A DNA stretch of 62,770 nucleotides, counting the filler, from Phoronis australis (Eukaryota > Animalia > Phoronida): assembly GCA_002633005.1 (NCBI GenBank). It is 12 parts of 12 records of this genome, joined end to end, with 100 filler letters (N's around TTAATTAATTAA, not from the genome) between each part and the next. Parts side by side here need not be neighbours in the genome. Positions count along the whole stretch, not along the records: positions 11,613 to 14,261 come from NMRA01003526.1; positions 14,362 to 18,810 come from NMRA01002588.1; positions 18,911 to 30,093 come from NMRA01001713.1; 9 more parts are not named here. One strand, 5' to 3'. Under the pieces are notes generated by a model. That model was not told the DNA's origin. It made no database searches and worked only from the letters and a program-made list of their open reading frames with translations. Made by a program: the position numbers and the translations under genes. Below, one piece after another: positions 12,476 through 23,370 of the stretch (positions are counted from its first letter, which is position 1; the number at the start of each line of letters is the position of its first letter).

Positions 12476-13038
12476 CAGGGCTTGGAATGACCAATGACAA
12501 AAAACGCGGAAACTTTGAAACTTTTACGGCCCAAATCATCGCCCGATAGCCAGCCTAGAACTGGTCGATGTGAACCTTTCCCCGAGACAAAAGTCGGGCG
12601 GACTAAAAAAAAAAAACCACCATCAGTAGCGTGCGTCTGCGTCCTTTTAGCTCACCCGTCTACTCCCAACCCACACATTTTTGGCTGCAGAGCGGTAGTA
12701 TTTGTCGCCGCGCTTAACAATAACACGAGAAACATTTTTGGCTGCAGAGCGGTAGTATTTGTCGCCGCACTCAACAATGACAAGAGACGCCATTGAAAAT
12801 CCCACCACGTTGTCCCAGATGCCCCGGCAATGTTGACAATTTACGTTCCTCCGAAACATAAAGAGCAACTTCTGCTTTTCGAGGTGAACGTCATCTGCAA
12901 CGCCGCGGTAAGAAAGGAATTTGCCGCGGAAATTTTATATCAAATCCGATTTTTTTAAGTGGAAATATTATAAAAAAAGCGGAAAGCACATTTGAAAAAA
13001 GCGGAAATCCGCGTTTCCGCGGAAATTTCCAAGCCCAG
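12476..13038. mobile_element. hAT-like MITE with an internal ~56-bp duplication (12676-12780)
   Basis: Ends cagggcttggaa / ttccaagcccag and subterminal gcggaaa motifs; no 8-bp TSD visible. Confidence 0.45.
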
Positions 13039-13446
13039 CAAAAAACAATTTAATTTTCATGAAGCAGACCCCCAAAAAGTAATATTCATGTTGGGCCACT
13101 GCAACTGGGTCAATAAATTTCCCAGCTAATGTAAAAAGGACCAGTCCACTTTTCGCAGGAGGGGTTACCGCAAGTAAAACAAGGTAGTTTAAGTGTAATT
13201 TGACAACGTTTAATAAAATACAGTCCAGTCTGTTACAAAATACAAATTAGTGGCTGACTCTTGTTCACAATAATTCAAAATTCTATTAATAACCTGAAAA
13301 TAACTTACAGCGACTCATCCCTAGCTATATTTTCCACAGACAACTGCAGAGCAACAATTTCTTTGATAGCACACCGCTTGATGCAGCCCTGTCCAAGATC
13401 ATTCTCGGAACTTTCAGTTATATGTTGGACTAGTGACACTTCTGTT

Positions 13447-13570
13447 GTATTTACCCCCAATGCAATATGTATTTACCCCCAATGCAATATGTANGCAATA
13501 TGTATTTACCCCCAATGCAATATGTATTTACCCCCAATGCAATATGTATTTACCCCCAATGCAATATGTA
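13447..13570. repeat. 22-bp minisatellite (gtatttacccccaatgcaatat), ~5.5 copies
   Basis: Seen directly; contains a single-N join. Confidence 0.95.
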
Positions 13571-13978
13571 AAATTACAACGAATGATTGGACGAAACACT
13601 CAAGGAGCTGCTACATGCGTAATAAGCAAAGTTTGACCTTTCTCTTGATATTAAGAAAGAACTGGGTCATTGGGTGCCTGAGCAATGCAGTCACGAATAT
13701 CCGCAAATTTTGATGAAAATTTCACGAGCTATGCAGTCGTGGAGAAGGTGATGTTTTTCAAAATGAAATAAATAAAGTTTGAAATGAATTGTTTTAAAGT
13801 ATTGTTTTGTGCAGTAGAATGAATAAATAATCATAATCAACAAAAAAATTGACCTAATTTTCACCGAAAGCGACTGTTTGCTGTCTTGTCAGGAAATAGG
13901 ATTTCCGACTTAAGACTCATTTTGTCAAGCTGGGTCACATATGTAAATCAACATCAACCCAATTAGATTTCTGCTCAC

Positions 13979-14079
13979 CTCACTTTCAATTTCAAGAGTC
14001 TGTCGTACAGAGTACTGAAACACCCACAGTAGACTGACAGCATACACCAACGAAAGACCAACATGACCAGGGTCCATAT
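13979..14079 (-). CDS. Internal exon of an ABCC (MRP4-like) transporter, end of TMD2
   Basis: DMDPGHVGLSLVYAVSLLWVFQYSVRQTLEIESE resembles ABCC4 '[32 protein letters not shown]'; acceptor tttttcag| and donor |gtgagc. Confidence 0.85.
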
Positions 14080-14111
14080 CTGAAAAATAGCGACAGAGAC
14101 GGGAATAAGAC

Positions 14112-14261
14112 GTGTAAATCATTAATTAAGAGCACATTAATGTCTCACATCGTTATACTAGACACAGTCAACCTGTGTAAATCATTAATTGAGAGCACAT
14201 TAATGTCTCACATCGTTATACTAGACACAGTCAACCTGTGTAAATCATTAATTAAGAGCAC
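14112..14261. repeat. 63-bp tandem repeat, ~2.4 copies, running into the scaffold end
   Basis: Units start at 14112, 14175 and 14238. Confidence 0.95.
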
Positions 14262-15859
14262 NNNNNNNNNNNNNNNNNNNNNNNNNNNNNNNNNNNNNNN
14301 NNNNNTTAATTAATTAANNNNNNNNNNNNNNNNNNNNNNNNNNNNNNNNNNNNNNNNNNNNGGATCTACGTTTTCAGTAAGGGGGGGTTTAGGATTCCCG
14401 CCAAGGTCGAATCCNTCCAAGAATGAATTTTTTCTATTGGAATTAATTTTCAGTGTCCGAAAATCACGCGACTTTACCGTATCACCTAACAGATTTTAAG
14501 ACTAATACCTGTCACCACTCATCACAGTGGTTGCTGTCTGGATTATGTGCAGTGAGCCCTGAATAGACTGGGGGTAAAGCTGGGGAAATCTCTTCAGTCA
14601 TTCTGTTGTTAAATGGAACTGTGTATGCTGTGCTATTGTCCTAGTCAAATGTTACAAGGATTATCTGGTGTTAGTGTTGTTCCATGTGATAACTGGTACA
14701 AAAAATCCCTATTTTTCAAGCAATTTTTTGTATTTTTCCAGGAATATTTCTGGGTTTCTCAAATACACAGGATCAGCACCATTATCAGGCCCCAGGCTTG
14801 TACTTGTTAATTGCATTGCATAAATGACTATCAATGCCCTGATTCTTGTGTGAGGTGGGATATAACAGGCTTTGGGTGAAGGAATCTACAGTATACTGAA
14901 GGCTTTTAAACTTACTAAATTCATTTCCAGTAGACACAAAGCTAATGTTGCTAACACAAAATAGCTGACAAAAGTCTCAACTGAACAGGATACCAACAAA
15001 GTTTTGTAACAAAAAGTATTAGCGTACAAAATATTATCACACTATATTTAGAAACTCAACCCAACATAATAGCATGAGGGTTAATTTATCTTATCTCACA
15101 CTTCAAATTTTCAAAAGCTTTTTGAGATAAAGATATAGAGTAACCTCAATAGCACTGTAGAATTCGGATTAAGCACAAGCTAAGTTGCAAAATGCCCCCC
15201 TCCCTCCCCCCCCACCCCAGATTTACCAATTTTGCTTATAGACTTTGAAATCAGAAGCAGAAAAATGCTTGCAACAAGTTGTTTTAAGTTTGTTTTAAAC
15301 CTATGAAAAGTTTTTTAAAGCTTTGTTAAAACTTCTTGTCTTTGCTTCAATATTTAAAGCATAAAAGCAAAACATACAAGTGAGATCAAACATCTCTCAG
15401 GTCTCAACACTAACTAGAACACACGTTTTTTTTAGCAAAACAATGAAATTTTAACAACAAAGTCAACAGAAATCACCAAAAACACGATCTCAGTTTTCTA
15501 TCATCACATGGGTAGGGGCTCACTGCCTCTTGAAGTTTACTTTGTAGATAAGTCAAAAACTTGCTGTAATAAACAGTAACTCTGTATCGTGTCTCAAAAA
15601 GTCTTGTGTACCCACCATGATTGCTCATTTTGGGCAACTCTACCAGCCATAAAAAAATAATTGTGGTTCCAAAAGTAGGCCTATGGGCCTATATTCCTAA
15701 CTTTCCAAATAAAGCCAAATATATAGAGCACACAATTCCAATAACGACATGGCTATTTCTATCATGAAGACAAGTACGTACATAGGTCGACAAGTACGTA
15801 CGTAGGCCGTTACAACAGTGGAGTTAGATCATTATCTCAGAACCATAAAAGTAAACTAG

Positions 15860-16069
15860 GCACCCATTCCAAGCAACCAACTTCAGTTCATTTTTTACTT
15901 GCACCTAAGATTTGTCTCAATCTCCAACTTTGAAACTTCTAATTCAAAACTTAAAGTCAAACTTAAAACATCACTTTCTTGAAACAGACTTATGACAAAT
16001 TAAGTTTTATCTTAAATTTCCTGCAGTTAAGATTTGTCTTAGCTAAGTCAGCTTTCTAAGAATGGGCAC
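15860..16069. mobile_element. Degenerate Harbinger-like MITE
   Basis: Imperfect TIRs gcacccattc / gaatgggcac, with TAG on both flanks (15857-15859, 16070-16072). Confidence 0.4.
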
Positions 16070-16084
16070 TAGGTTTCGCAGGAC

Positions 16085-16400
16085 CCTCCAAAAATGTGCA
16101 AATTTGGCTAAGTTCAAAACATCATATCTCAAAAATGGCTGATTAGATTCACATGAAACTTCCAGTAACTATACTTTATGCACTCCAAAGTGATGATGGA
16201 AACTTTTTAGATTGTTATATTCTTTTGCATGAGAGGCTACCAAAAATACCACATTCATGATCTTTACAGAAAAAATCACACGTTGCATAAACGAAAAGGA
16301 AGCGATAATTCAGAAAACTGTAACAGCATTTTTGAAATTTCATCTTGAATTTTTACATGGTTAGTCATGTTACTGGTGTCATTGTTTTGATATGAATATA
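16085..16400 (+). repeat. Dispersed repeat; related copies at ~16795-17030 and ~52475-52760
   Basis: Shared aaatttggc(t/c)aa...catcat...attca(c/t)atgaaactt(c/t)cag and downstream gaaaac..taac.g..tttttga.att..a.cttgaattttta. Confidence 0.6.
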
Positions 16401-17084
16401 TCTCACTTTGATGCTATATTTTACTAAAAAGAAATATCACGTGATCCAGTTAATGGCAGAGTCGTATCAAGTCAAAAATGAAATTCTACCCATTTTCTAC
16501 TACAAGAAAATACATAATTTTACTGAGTAAAATCTAGTTTTGTAGATCTGATATTTGGCTAAATACAGACTTGACTGTAATGTCCTACATAGCCTTAAAA
16601 CCAGTTAAATTTGATTCCGTTGGGTTTCTTGGTTACAGTATTTGAATTCCAGACATCGCTACTGGTTAGTATTTAATTAACTTTAAGCTCCCTCGAGATC
16701 ATAGATAAAGATACCACTGAGAAAAAAATTACTTACCTGTATGTTGCATTAATGAATTAACTTGCTGGATACGGTTGTTTAAATCTTAAGGCCATAAAAA
16801 TGGCCAAATTTGGCTGACTTCGGAATATCACATTTCAAGTGGCCAATTGGATTCATGAGAGACCTTCAGGTACGATGCTTTATGTACTTGCCTCAAAAGA
16901 TCTTTTAGGACTTGTTTTTAAAATTCTGACTTTACCACGAAGGGATTTCAAGAAACAAAGATTTTTTGCAATTTTCATAAAAAATCTTTCAAACTGCATA
17001 AAACTAAAATGAAATGACATTTTAGAAAAGTTAACAAGATTGTTGAACATTTATGGTATATTCCAATGAAAATAGATTATGTTT

Positions 17085-17250
17085 GCGCCAGGAGTCATAT
17101 CTCCTAGCACGAGCAGAGTAAAAATGGCCAGTTGCCGATTTGAGCAACTGAACAAAGGACTGCTCAAAAAAAGTTTGATTACGGGAGTATTTGTTCCAGT
17201 TGGAAGGAATCATTTAAGAACATCAACTACGGCCTCCTAAGGAGTCCCTG
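17085..17250 (+). repeat. Copy of a dispersed DNA-transposon-derived family (also 42713-42895, 43285-43515, 43555-43740, 59300-59560)
   Basis: Shared core gggagtatttgtt..agttggaagga...ttaa..acatc....cctcctaa; the family end motif ctatagaagtttcaccg resumes at ~17927, beyond the TRIM. Confidence 0.65.
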
Positions 17251-17290
17251 CAGTTATGTAACTAAAAGGTACTGTCGTAATAGCCGAGAT

Positions 17291-17363
17291 TGCCCGACCT
17301 CGGGAATCGAACCAGCGACCCCGATTTAACCGGCGAGCGTGCTAACCATTCAGCTAATAGGCA
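17291..17363 (-). promoter_or_regulatory. tRNA-derived Pol III promoter (A and B boxes) in the 3' LTR of the TRIM
   Basis: tgcctatTAGCTGAATGGttagcacgctcgccggttaaatcggggtcgctGGTTCGATTCCcgaggtcgggca: tRNA length, A and B boxes, complementary ends. Confidence 0.8.
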
Positions 17364-17470
17364 ATTGCCTGTTAGCGAGTGGCTAACAGAGGCTCATATA
17401 TATGATTCACCGGAAGCACTTTCACAACATTCCCCCCTTTCCTATCAACAAGCGCGCCACCAGCCAGGTG

Positions 17471-17612
17471 TACCTTACATTATGCCTGTACACGTACCTT
17501 ACACCCTGTCTGTACATGCACCATACATTATGCCTGTACATGCACCATACATTATGCCTGTACATGCACCTTACATCATGCCTGCACATGCATCTTACAT
17601 TATGCCTGTACC
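17471..17612. repeat. 24-bp tandem repeat (tacattatgcctgtacatgcacc[a/t]), ~6 copies, inside the TRIM
   Basis: Seen directly; explains the repetitive ORFs at 17290, 17402 and 17422. Confidence 0.9.
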
Positions 17613-17712
17613 CTACCAACAACCGTGCTGTCTCAGGCCCCAGGGTCTATGAAGTGCTTCATCGGTATATCATCCGTTTGCCGCCTACGCCAATTGTCGT
17701 AATAGCCGTGAT

Positions 17713-17785
17713 TGCCCGACCTCGGGAATCGAACCAGCGACCCCGAGTTAACCGGCGAGCGTGCTAACCATTCAGCTAATAGGCA
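17713..17785 (-). promoter_or_regulatory. tRNA-derived Pol III promoter in the 5' LTR of the TRIM
   Basis: Second near-identical copy with A box TAGCTGAATGG and B box GGTTCGATTCC. Confidence 0.8.
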
Positions 17786-20534
17786 ATTGCCCGTTAGCGA
17801 GTGGCTAACAGAGGCTCATATATATGATTCACAGAAGCACTTTCACAACAGTACTTTAATAACAAGGTGACCTTGATGTTTTAATCATTGTGAGGAATAA
17901 TTCAAGCTTCAGTCGTATGATGCTCCTATAGAAGTTTCACCGCCTTTACAGGGGCCAGCTAGAGACAGTGGTCACTGTCTAGCCAGGTCCGGTACTGCAC
18001 CGCTAGAAGTCGAATGGCTGCGAATGTCTGATGAACGCAATGTTCAGCGATACGCCAACACATTTTCAGACGCGTATGCCATTTGTAGACAGCGACAGGC
18101 GTTAAGCGGGACCGCTAACACGCACCGTTTAAACTATTAGAGAATCCGGTGGCTGATTTATCAGCATTTTTAGCATGGCGGTGCGCAAGCAAAAACTGCA
18201 AAGACGTGACAAAGCTTAGTATGTAAATGTACTCTTAGCCGGTAAATGTGCAGAGCTTGAGAACTAATTCTGAGTCTCACGGGTAGTTATTTTACAAAGA
18301 CAGTCATTGGAATGAAAAAATACCAGTCAAAAGAGACAATAATCACCAAAAACTACTCTCGGCAATCAAGAAACAAAGGGTTAGAGCTGCAACTTCAAAC
18401 ACCAACAGCAGAAACGCCCAAGTGAAACTCACCTTGTCACTTCCGGAAAAGTAGGTCATTAGGTCAGTATCCTCCCAGGCGTGGGAATGTGTTAGCGCCA
18501 CCAAGTGGGGGAGCAATGAGCCGGCACGGAGCAGTTGTGCCGCTAGCACAAAGATGGCTAGGATGGGCGGCAATTTGAGTCAGTTTCGATAAGTTTTTGG
18601 GCATGCATAAAAATGGATAATGAGTATAAAAATGGAATGGTATATCAATGTTCTTGCTTGATATAAGCTAGATCCACAATAACAAACTTTCGGCCTCCCC
18701 TTAAACTCTTCAGGGACCCTCATACTGAGTAGATCATAACGCGAAGTTGTCGTGAGGACTCGATTGGGACCTCAGGGGTCTCACGCTCCACCGGCTAATT
18801 TGAAAAGGCTNNNNNNNNNNNNNNNNNNNNNNNNNNNNNNNNNNNNNNNNNNNNTTAATTAATTAANNNNNNNNNNNNNNNNNNNNNNNNNNNNNNNNNN
18901 NNNNNNNNNNCCCCCCCCCCCGCTTATACCGGGCTCTGGCTAAAAAGATGATTGCCTTCCCTAGGTTAGCGTTTCACATCTCTTTACGTAAAACTTAATT
19001 TTTAAATTTTATGTGTATAAATGCATAGTTCGTCACCACCTTGTTCGTTTTTAAAAATGATAAATGCTTCACAAAACTGAATTTGCAGCAAAAAGTTGAC
19101 ACTGAGTGGGCTTTATGAGGGCATTTTCCGAATAAACGCCCCACTATTTGACACTTGACATCAGAAGTTGTAACACCAAATGAACGCCCATAGGCGTTTC
19201 ATCGTGTGCGCTCATCTACGGAAAATCCAGGAATAAGCTTCTCTTTTAAGTGCATATTTTCTAATAACATATCGGAAGATTCCAGTGAGCTTTTAACAGC
19301 CCATAAATACCTATTCATTCTCAATGATAAATAATGAAAACGAATCATTAATGAGAATGAATACTAGTTACTTAGCTCTTTAAACTTGGGGGCGCTGCAT
19401 GAAAGGATTCCCATTTTTTCAATAATATTGAAAATTCAACGCAGGAGTTGATTCTCGGTGTCAAAGCAAAAATTTACTGAATGCCAAATTCAAAATGTTG
19501 AAAAAATTCAATGATAGCTTACACCCTAAGGTTAGTCCACGGTCGGTGCTTAGACGCGGTCAGGTACATCTGTTTTCTGGAGCTTCGTTTTTATCAGTGC
19601 GATAGAAAGGAATTCACTCAATAGGCTTACCATCGAGATCTTGGACAATGCCATTAGTTTTGAAAAGGTATGTTGAACCTTTTTTATAAGATGTTTCAGT
19701 TTCTAGGCTGCTATATTAATAAAGGGGTTATTCCTATCCACTTAACAATTCAAAGATGGAAGACTTAAAACACCTTATTAACTCTAACAATCTGGCTTCA
19801 ACGTTCACTTTGCCTCGGTCGGACAATTACATGTAGTTTGTACCATCACAAGGGTTTAGATTCCATCTTCTGTTACCAAGGAATGATAGAATTTTGGAAA
19901 AGTTGGCCAAATAACAGTGATGCAAACTTAGGAACTTCGTTAATAAAACTGGATTGATTTACTATTATAGACGATTTGAACAAATTATTCTCCGCTCATA
20001 CTGCGTGGACAACAAGTAAACACGATAGTTTAATCCGGTTTGTTAATGAATATGCGTTGATCGAAATTTCGGAATTTTGACGCCAACAGATATTCCAATT
20101 GTCCCGAGTTGGTGTGCTGGGTACTACCCTATATAACGACGAGACTGCGTTACGTATGCCTCTGAAAACGGGAAATTTTGGCACTCTTTATACTGACTCA
20201 AAACCCCAAATGATCTGTCTCGACTGGTCAGTTTTTACCTTGACATGCAGTGTCTAGATGGCTGTGTAACCGGTCTTGTGTTAGTCTATATAGACGGCAA
20301 GAGAAAAGTGTTTCATTAAACTCTGAGTTAGGGAGTCTTCACCGCACTTTCAGCTTAAGCACACTTAAAATACACTTTGCAGCTACACTTTCGTTTATTT
20401 TTCCTGTCCTCATGCAATTTACATTCAATATGTGTGCACGGCAGAGACATGATGGTTGCAAAACATACACGGATGTGTAGTGTATTTTATGATGAAAAAC
20501 GTTAAAATAGTTAAAAAGGCGCTCAAAATTGAGC

Positions 20535-22874
20535 TCATACTTCAGTCTGTGGCTGTAAGTCGTATAATCTGGTATAGGTGTTCTCGCCCTCACAAGCACT
20601 ACAGCACATCAAATGCCGCCATCGTGAGGCGAAACGTTGCGCCTTCGAAGAGAAAGTAGCACGGTCCTTGACCACGTGACGATTTCGTCTGAATCGTGAT
20701 TTCAAACGCTTGAAAAGTCCTTCGCGTTTTACAATATTTGATTTATCCGTAAAATCAACAATATTTTGGGTGTCCTCTGAAACAGAAGAAACGTCGTTAA
20801 GGGGTACATAAGCAAACGTCTTGACGTCTTCTGAACGAATGCCCTTAATGATGTATGGCTTGTTGCTAATTTGCAATCTTGTTTTACTTTTCCCGTCGTA
20901 TTCAGTGTCAATTGAATTATACCCAGCAGCAAAACAAAAATCATACTGAAGCAACGTTGTAAAAAGTGACGATCTGTCGTCTTCTAGGCGAGCATCCCCA
21001 ACCTCCTCTGGTTCGTTCTTAGCTTGAAGATTTGTGACATTAATCTCATCTTCACTGATTACGGGCATTTCAATATCCTTTGGAAAATGTAACGTCCCAA
21101 ACGAAATGTGATTGTGAGGCCGGGTGGTGACATAAGAAGGTTTAATGTCGTCCAATGGCATATCTGCACGTTTGTTGGACAGACCGCTGCCCTGAAATTT
21201 GTCCTTCTGGCCAGTTTCAGGTATAAACGTATACTCTAAAACATTTGCAGTGTGAGAAGAAATGGCATCTAGGGACAACTTGGCAAAGCTTTGCAGATTT
21301 GCATCTTCTAGGCTTATACCTTCATTGAAATCAGACAGTGTGATGTCTTCTAAGTGACCACTTCCAACGGATTTACTTTCGGATTTCAGGATTTTCTCCC
21401 TACTATCATCATTGTCAGCGAACTCAGCAATACCTGACGAGAGGACGACTTCCTGTCGAACTTCGCCTGGCTTGTTTCTACCTTCCACTTTACCGAATTC
21501 TCTCCCTCCAGTGTCAATCATACATGCAGAGCTGCGGCAGATGGTTTCTGAAGCCGCTGATTCAATAGAAAAAAATGTTGCACCGTAAGGCAACCCATGA
21601 ATGTCACAAAGTTTGGCGTCTACTGGAATGATCTCAATATTTCGTATTCCGATACAACTTTCTTCGTCGGCTGAAATAATAGGGATTTGACTTGCCACTA
21701 ACTGTTGCAGGTCCGTCTTTTCATGGACATTCTTCTTCACCAAATCATCTTTGTCTGCGGAAATGTGGCATACTTCCTCTGAATCTGCAGATTCGGTCGA
21801 CTTGGTGGCGTCTCCAAAGTGGTAACCTTCAACGCTTTTACTTTTGAATTTCAGGGCGTTCTCGATACCATCAGCCGCATCAGCGGACTCAGTGATATCT
21901 GATGATTGGATGACTTCCTGTCTAACATGGTCAACGTCGCCTGCCTTGTTTCTGTTAGCCAATTCCACTACTTCCCTACCTCCGTCATCAGGGTCACTAA
22001 TAGTGTCTTTGTCTACCTCTGGTAGATCTATCTTCTCATGCATATTGCTCTTGGTATTCTCATCTTTCTTTGCGGAAATCAGGGAGTACACTTTCTCCGA
22101 AACTGTAGACTCAGTTGTCTTAGTGAAATCAGACAGTGTGGCGTCTTCTAAATGGTCATTTTGAACGGGGTTGCTTTCGGATTTCAAGACTTTTTCCTTG
22201 CTATGAGCAGCATCAGCGGACCCAGTGTTACGTGACAGGTGGATGACGTCCTGTTGATCATCTTCGACGTTGTCTGGTTTGTTTCTAAGGTTCAACTGCA
22301 CGACTTCTCTCCCTTCAGCATCAGGGTCATCAATTTGATCTTTCTGTACATTTTTTGTTAGATTCGTATTTTCATAGACATTCTGTTTTACCTTCTCGTC
22401 GTTCACTGTGGAATTGCGGGACACTTCTTCCGAAGTGTTTCTTTCACATTTAGCGACTTCTTTGTAGATGGTTGTCGAGTTTCCAATGTTGCATTCGACT
22501 TCACACTCGGTGACATGCGCACAGAGGTCCATCGATTTGCCGACAGTGTTTGCCTTTTTGCGGCGTGACGCTATCACAAGAAGACAACATAAATCTGTTA
22601 CACACCTGACATAAGATTGCATTAATTTAGTGTCAAGTTTTGCTTTCTGAACAGCTTTAGACGCGTCAGATGCGTCTCCTGACCACTTTTCACTCACTGC
22701 CGTGGTTCCAGAAGCGTCTTTCTTGCTAAAAGACACAATGCGCGGAAATTTCCTTGTGACAAAGCACATTATCTCTGTCGTTCTCAGCACAATTCGCAAA
22801 ATGAAGTCTATAAACCATGATATCGCCACTTTTATAAAGTTTTGAATGACTCTTTGAACCATTCCCGGGTTCAT
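20535..22874 (-). CDS. Intronless ~779-aa acidic protein with three internal repeats; family not recognised
   Basis: 2.3-kb uninterrupted ORF in AT-rich DNA; first ATG at 22874 in aaaATG context (the track's 23000 start is TTG); repeats begin D(P)DxxGRE(V/F)xxxxxRNK; basic, Cys-pair C-terminus. Confidence 0.6.
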   Translation of the reverse strand: MNPGMVQRVIQNFIKVAISWFIDFILRIVLRTTEIMCFVTRKFPRIVSFSKKDASGTTAVSEKWSGDASDASKAVQKAKLDTKLMQSYVRCVTDLCCLLVIASRRKKANTVGKSMDLCAHVTECEVECNIGNSTTIYKEVAKCERNTSEEVSRNSTVNDEKVKQNVYENTNLTKNVQKDQIDDPDAEGREVVQLNLRNKPDNVEDDQQDVIHLSRNTGSADAAHSKEKVLKSESNPVQNDHLEDATLSDFTKTTESTVSEKVYSLISAKKDENTKSNMHEKIDLPEVDKDTISDPDDGGREVVELANRNKAGDVDHVRQEVIQSSDITESADAADGIENALKFKSKSVEGYHFGDATKSTESADSEEVCHISADKDDLVKKNVHEKTDLQQLVASQIPIISADEESCIGIRNIEIIPVDAKLCDIHGLPYGATFFSIESAASETICRSSACMIDTGGREFGKVEGRNKPGEVRQEVVLSSGIAEFADNDDSREKILKSESKSVGSGHLEDITLSDFNEGISLEDANLQSFAKLSLDAISSHTANVLEYTFIPETGQKDKFQGSGLSNKRADMPLDDIKPSYVTTRPHNHISFGTLHFPKDIEMPVISEDEINVTNLQAKNEPEEVGDARLEDDRSSLFTTLLQYDFCFAAGYNSIDTEYDGKSKTRLQISNKPYIIKGIRSEDVKTFAYVPLNDVSSVSEDTQNIVDFTDKSNIVKREGLFKRLKSRFRRNRHVVKDRATFSSKAQRFASRWRHLMCCSACEGENTYTRLYDLQPQTEV

Positions 22875-23124
22875 TTTACAAAATTTGCAAAGTGAATACG
22901 TCACGAATAGGTCAACGTCACCAATCGTACACGTCAAATGACCACTACCGGGAATTTCCGAAAATGTAGACTTACATGTACCGCAAAGCAAGTACTCCAA
23001 TTGGCGTACTTTCGGAAAAGTACAACCATATGCGTATTTTCGGTAACTGTTAGCATGTCTTGAAATTCTGAAGGACTCGTTCTATAATCCGTTTGTAATG
23101 TGTTTTGAAGTAGAGAATTATTTT

Positions 23125-23370
23125 CATGCGAGCACCCAGGAGGGCTCGGGGGGCTCGAATGAGCCCCTCATTTGGCGAGAAGGGCAAAAACGTCCGCCCC
23201 AATGATACAAAAAGTCCGAGAAAACGAGACAAAAGTGCACTAAAAAGGCACAGACACACAGTCAAGGCCGTACTCTGTTTTTTCTGTTTTTTTTTTAGTC
23301 CTCCCACTTTCTTGTCAAAAGGTCCACATCATTCGAGCCCCCCATATTCCAAAGGCTGGGTGCGCGCATG
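23125..23370. mobile_element. MITE; related internal sequence at 60293-60520 and, inverted, at ~61900-62104
   Basis: TIRs catgcgagcaccca / tgggtgcgcgcatg; internal tttttt-agtcc...caaaaggtccacatc shared with the other copies; no TSD seen. Confidence 0.65.

Larger units (their letters stand above)
17273..17850 (-). mobile_element. Complete non-autonomous miniature LTR retrotransposon (TRIM) with tRNA-derived LTRs
   Basis: LTRs 17273-17429 and 17695-17850 (TG...CA, about 4-5 differences); TSD GTAC at 17269-17272 and 17851-17854; on the minus strand PBS TGGCGTAGGCGGCA follows the 5' LTR and PPT AAAGGGGGGAA precedes the 3' LTR. Confidence 0.92.

Noticed and set aside
13309-13441. Possible further minus-strand exon with a gtaagt donor
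   Set aside because: No ABCC similarity, and the acceptor lacks a pyrimidine tract and abuts a minisatellite.
17291-17785. Two functional tRNA genes
   Set aside because: Stems are imperfect and the anticodon arm is irregular; both lie at the same position within LTRs, so they are element-borne promoters.
21844-22164. Antisense ORFs within the 20535-22874 ORF and within Gypsy pol
   Set aside because: Shadow ORFs of the opposite-strand coding frames.
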